Below, piece by piece: positions 62,303 to 64,000 of a stretch of DNA of 64,000 nt. Numbering within the stretch: position 1 is the first letter of the stretch; every line of letters begins with the position of its first letter. The position numbers and the translations under genes are program-made. The stretch comes from Vicugna vicugna (Eukaryota). The notes under the pieces were generated by a model. It was not told the origin of the DNA, ran no database searches, and worked only from the letters and a program-made list of their open reading frames with translations. The stretch is taken from positions 969,601 through 1,033,600 of the forward strand of contig MU059614.1 of NCBI GenBank assembly GCA_013265495.1, written 5' to 3'.

Positions 62303-62491
62303 GCCGGGGCTCAGAATCCGGTCCAGCACCAGCAGCACCAGAGCGTCTGGCGCCGGGCTGAAATGCCCACCTCCAGGCCTCACCCCAGACCTCCTGCATC
62401 AGGAACTCGGGGGGCGGGGCCGGCAGCGCGTCTAACCGGCCCTCTGAGCGCCCCGCCCCGCGCCCCGCACCGGAGGCTGAGGAACACAGCC
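62303..62491 (+). mobile_element. MER5A-like hAT-Charlie MITE, now CpG-rich
   Basis: ggtccagcaccagcagcacc...gaaatgc...caccccagacctcctgcatcaggaactcggggggcggggcc follows the recalled MER5A consensus over about 190 nt. Confidence 0.65.
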
Positions 62492-63354
62492 AGTCTATCT
62501 GCCAAGAGGCTGTTACTGGCCCTCTCGAGAGATGAGGAAGCCAGAGCTCAGTGACTCAAGCACCCAAAGCCATCCAGCCAGGAGGCCAAATTGTACCCAC
62601 ATCTGATTGCAAAGCTATTTGTCACAAGGCCTCTGTAGCCAAACTGTGTGAACCATTTGGTGCCTTCAGCCACTGAGCCACAAGACGTGAGGGTGGCGCT
62701 TGCTCACGGGGCGGAAGTGAGAGGAAGGGCGATGCTGTGCTCGGAAGTGAATACTATGGATGCTCTGAAACCCATGCCACGCATCGGCCCCGACAGTCGC
62801 CGTCCCTGGCCGAGCCTGCTTTTCTCTGCTCCATTTGTTAGCCGGCTGCCACGAATGGGACGGGGACGCGGAGAGCCCGCGTTTGCAGCCCTCTGTGCAC
62901 ACAATTCCTAGCACTGCTTTGAAGCCAAGGAGAATCAAGCTACTTGCTGTCTCTGGACCTGGACTCCTGTCTGGACCAGGACCGACGGGAAGGCACACAG
63001 CGGGCTCCCGCACCTGGCTGTGGGGGGCTGAGTCGCCAGAAGAGTCCCGTGCACGCGCAGGGAGTACGGCAACAACGCTGCAGGCCTGCGTCAAAACACC
63101 AAGCCCTAAATCTGTCCTCTGTCAGTTCAAGGGGCCCATTACACTCATTGCACACTTGACACTCAAACCTCAGTGCCTTCACAGACCCTGACGTCAGGAA
63201 AAAGACACTCAGCACTTGCAGTTCCCAACCTTCTAAATAAAGGTGATTTTCAGAGCACAGGTGTATCCTCTAACTTAATTTAAATGGGCACCCGCTGCAC
63301 TGTGGGGCTTTCTACAGGAGCTGGTGGGGAAGGCGCAGTCCTGGTCCAGGAATC

Positions 63355-63500
63355 CCACAGACCTGGACCTGACTCCTGCCTGTGGCAGTTCCTCTAAGGT
63401 TACTTAACCACTCCGGGCCTCAGCTCCTCCACGTGGGGGTGGGTGGCAATCCCTGTGTTATACGGGGATGTGAAGACAAAATGAAGTTATGTCAAACAGC
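63355..63500 (+). mobile_element. MIR SINE fragment
   Basis: aaggttacttaaccactccgggcctcagctcctc...gatgtgaagacaaaatgaagttatgtcaa resembles the MIR core and 3' part. Confidence 0.5.
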
Positions 63501-64000
63501 AACAACAACAAAAAGTCTGCTGAAACAGCTTTACATTTCAAGACATCAAGAACCCAGCTAACAGATGTGGTCCAGTAAGTCCAGGGACAGGTCAGCGGAA
63601 CACACCCACTCTGCTCCACCAACACTGACTTCACTGTATTTCTTTTTCTGTTTCTATTTTTAGACACTTCCAACAAGCTAATTAAGACCAAAGAAAATTC
63701 CATTCACCAACTTATCAGAAAGCCTGTCAGTTTTCAAAAACTCAACAGATGGAGATAAACAGTCATTTCACAATGCATCTGACAAAATCCAAACGTGCTC
63801 CCTCCCACCTCAGTAATCTGAATCGGGTCATCCCACGGTACTCAGTCCACGGCCAACTCGCAGTCGTGCTTAAAGCAAGTCTCTCCACCCCCGCACTTGG
63901 TTTCTCAGATGAGGCACCAGGTACAGTAACATTTTGGGGCCCCACCGCCCTGCTTGTCCCAGCCCCGTCACGTACTGGCTGTATGGCCTTGAGCACATGA

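Overview
GC-rich mammalian genomic DNA, probably from a camelid, judging by two camelid-type tRNA-derived SINEs. It is syntenic with the human 17p11.2 B9D1-EPN2 locus. The + strand carries B9D1 coding exons 2-7 (951-9184; exon 1 is upstream of the window) and a poly(A) signal at 9295. The - strand carries the whole EPN2 (epsin-2) coding region in 9 exons, including the 171-nt alternative exon (ATG 40100, stop 12407; 637 aa with the exon, 580 aa without). It also has a probable non-coding exon at 41528-41648 and over 20 kb of intron 1; the promoter appears to lie beyond the window. All coding introns are GT-AG and all exon phases join. The rest is intron with old L1, MIR, MLT1 and MER5A remnants, small tandem duplications and a 461-nt N gap. 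Nearly all other ORFs in the track are GC-rich noise. No prokaryotic-type system is present. The best leads are unannotated EPN2 splicing candidates (a 5-nt poison microexon, an in-phase 90-codon exon, a 9-nt in-frame microexon), stacked uORFs, a Lys69Arg change in the ENTH lipid pocket, and signs of GC-biased drift. Comparisons with human sequence and repeat consensuses are from memory and need checking by alignment.
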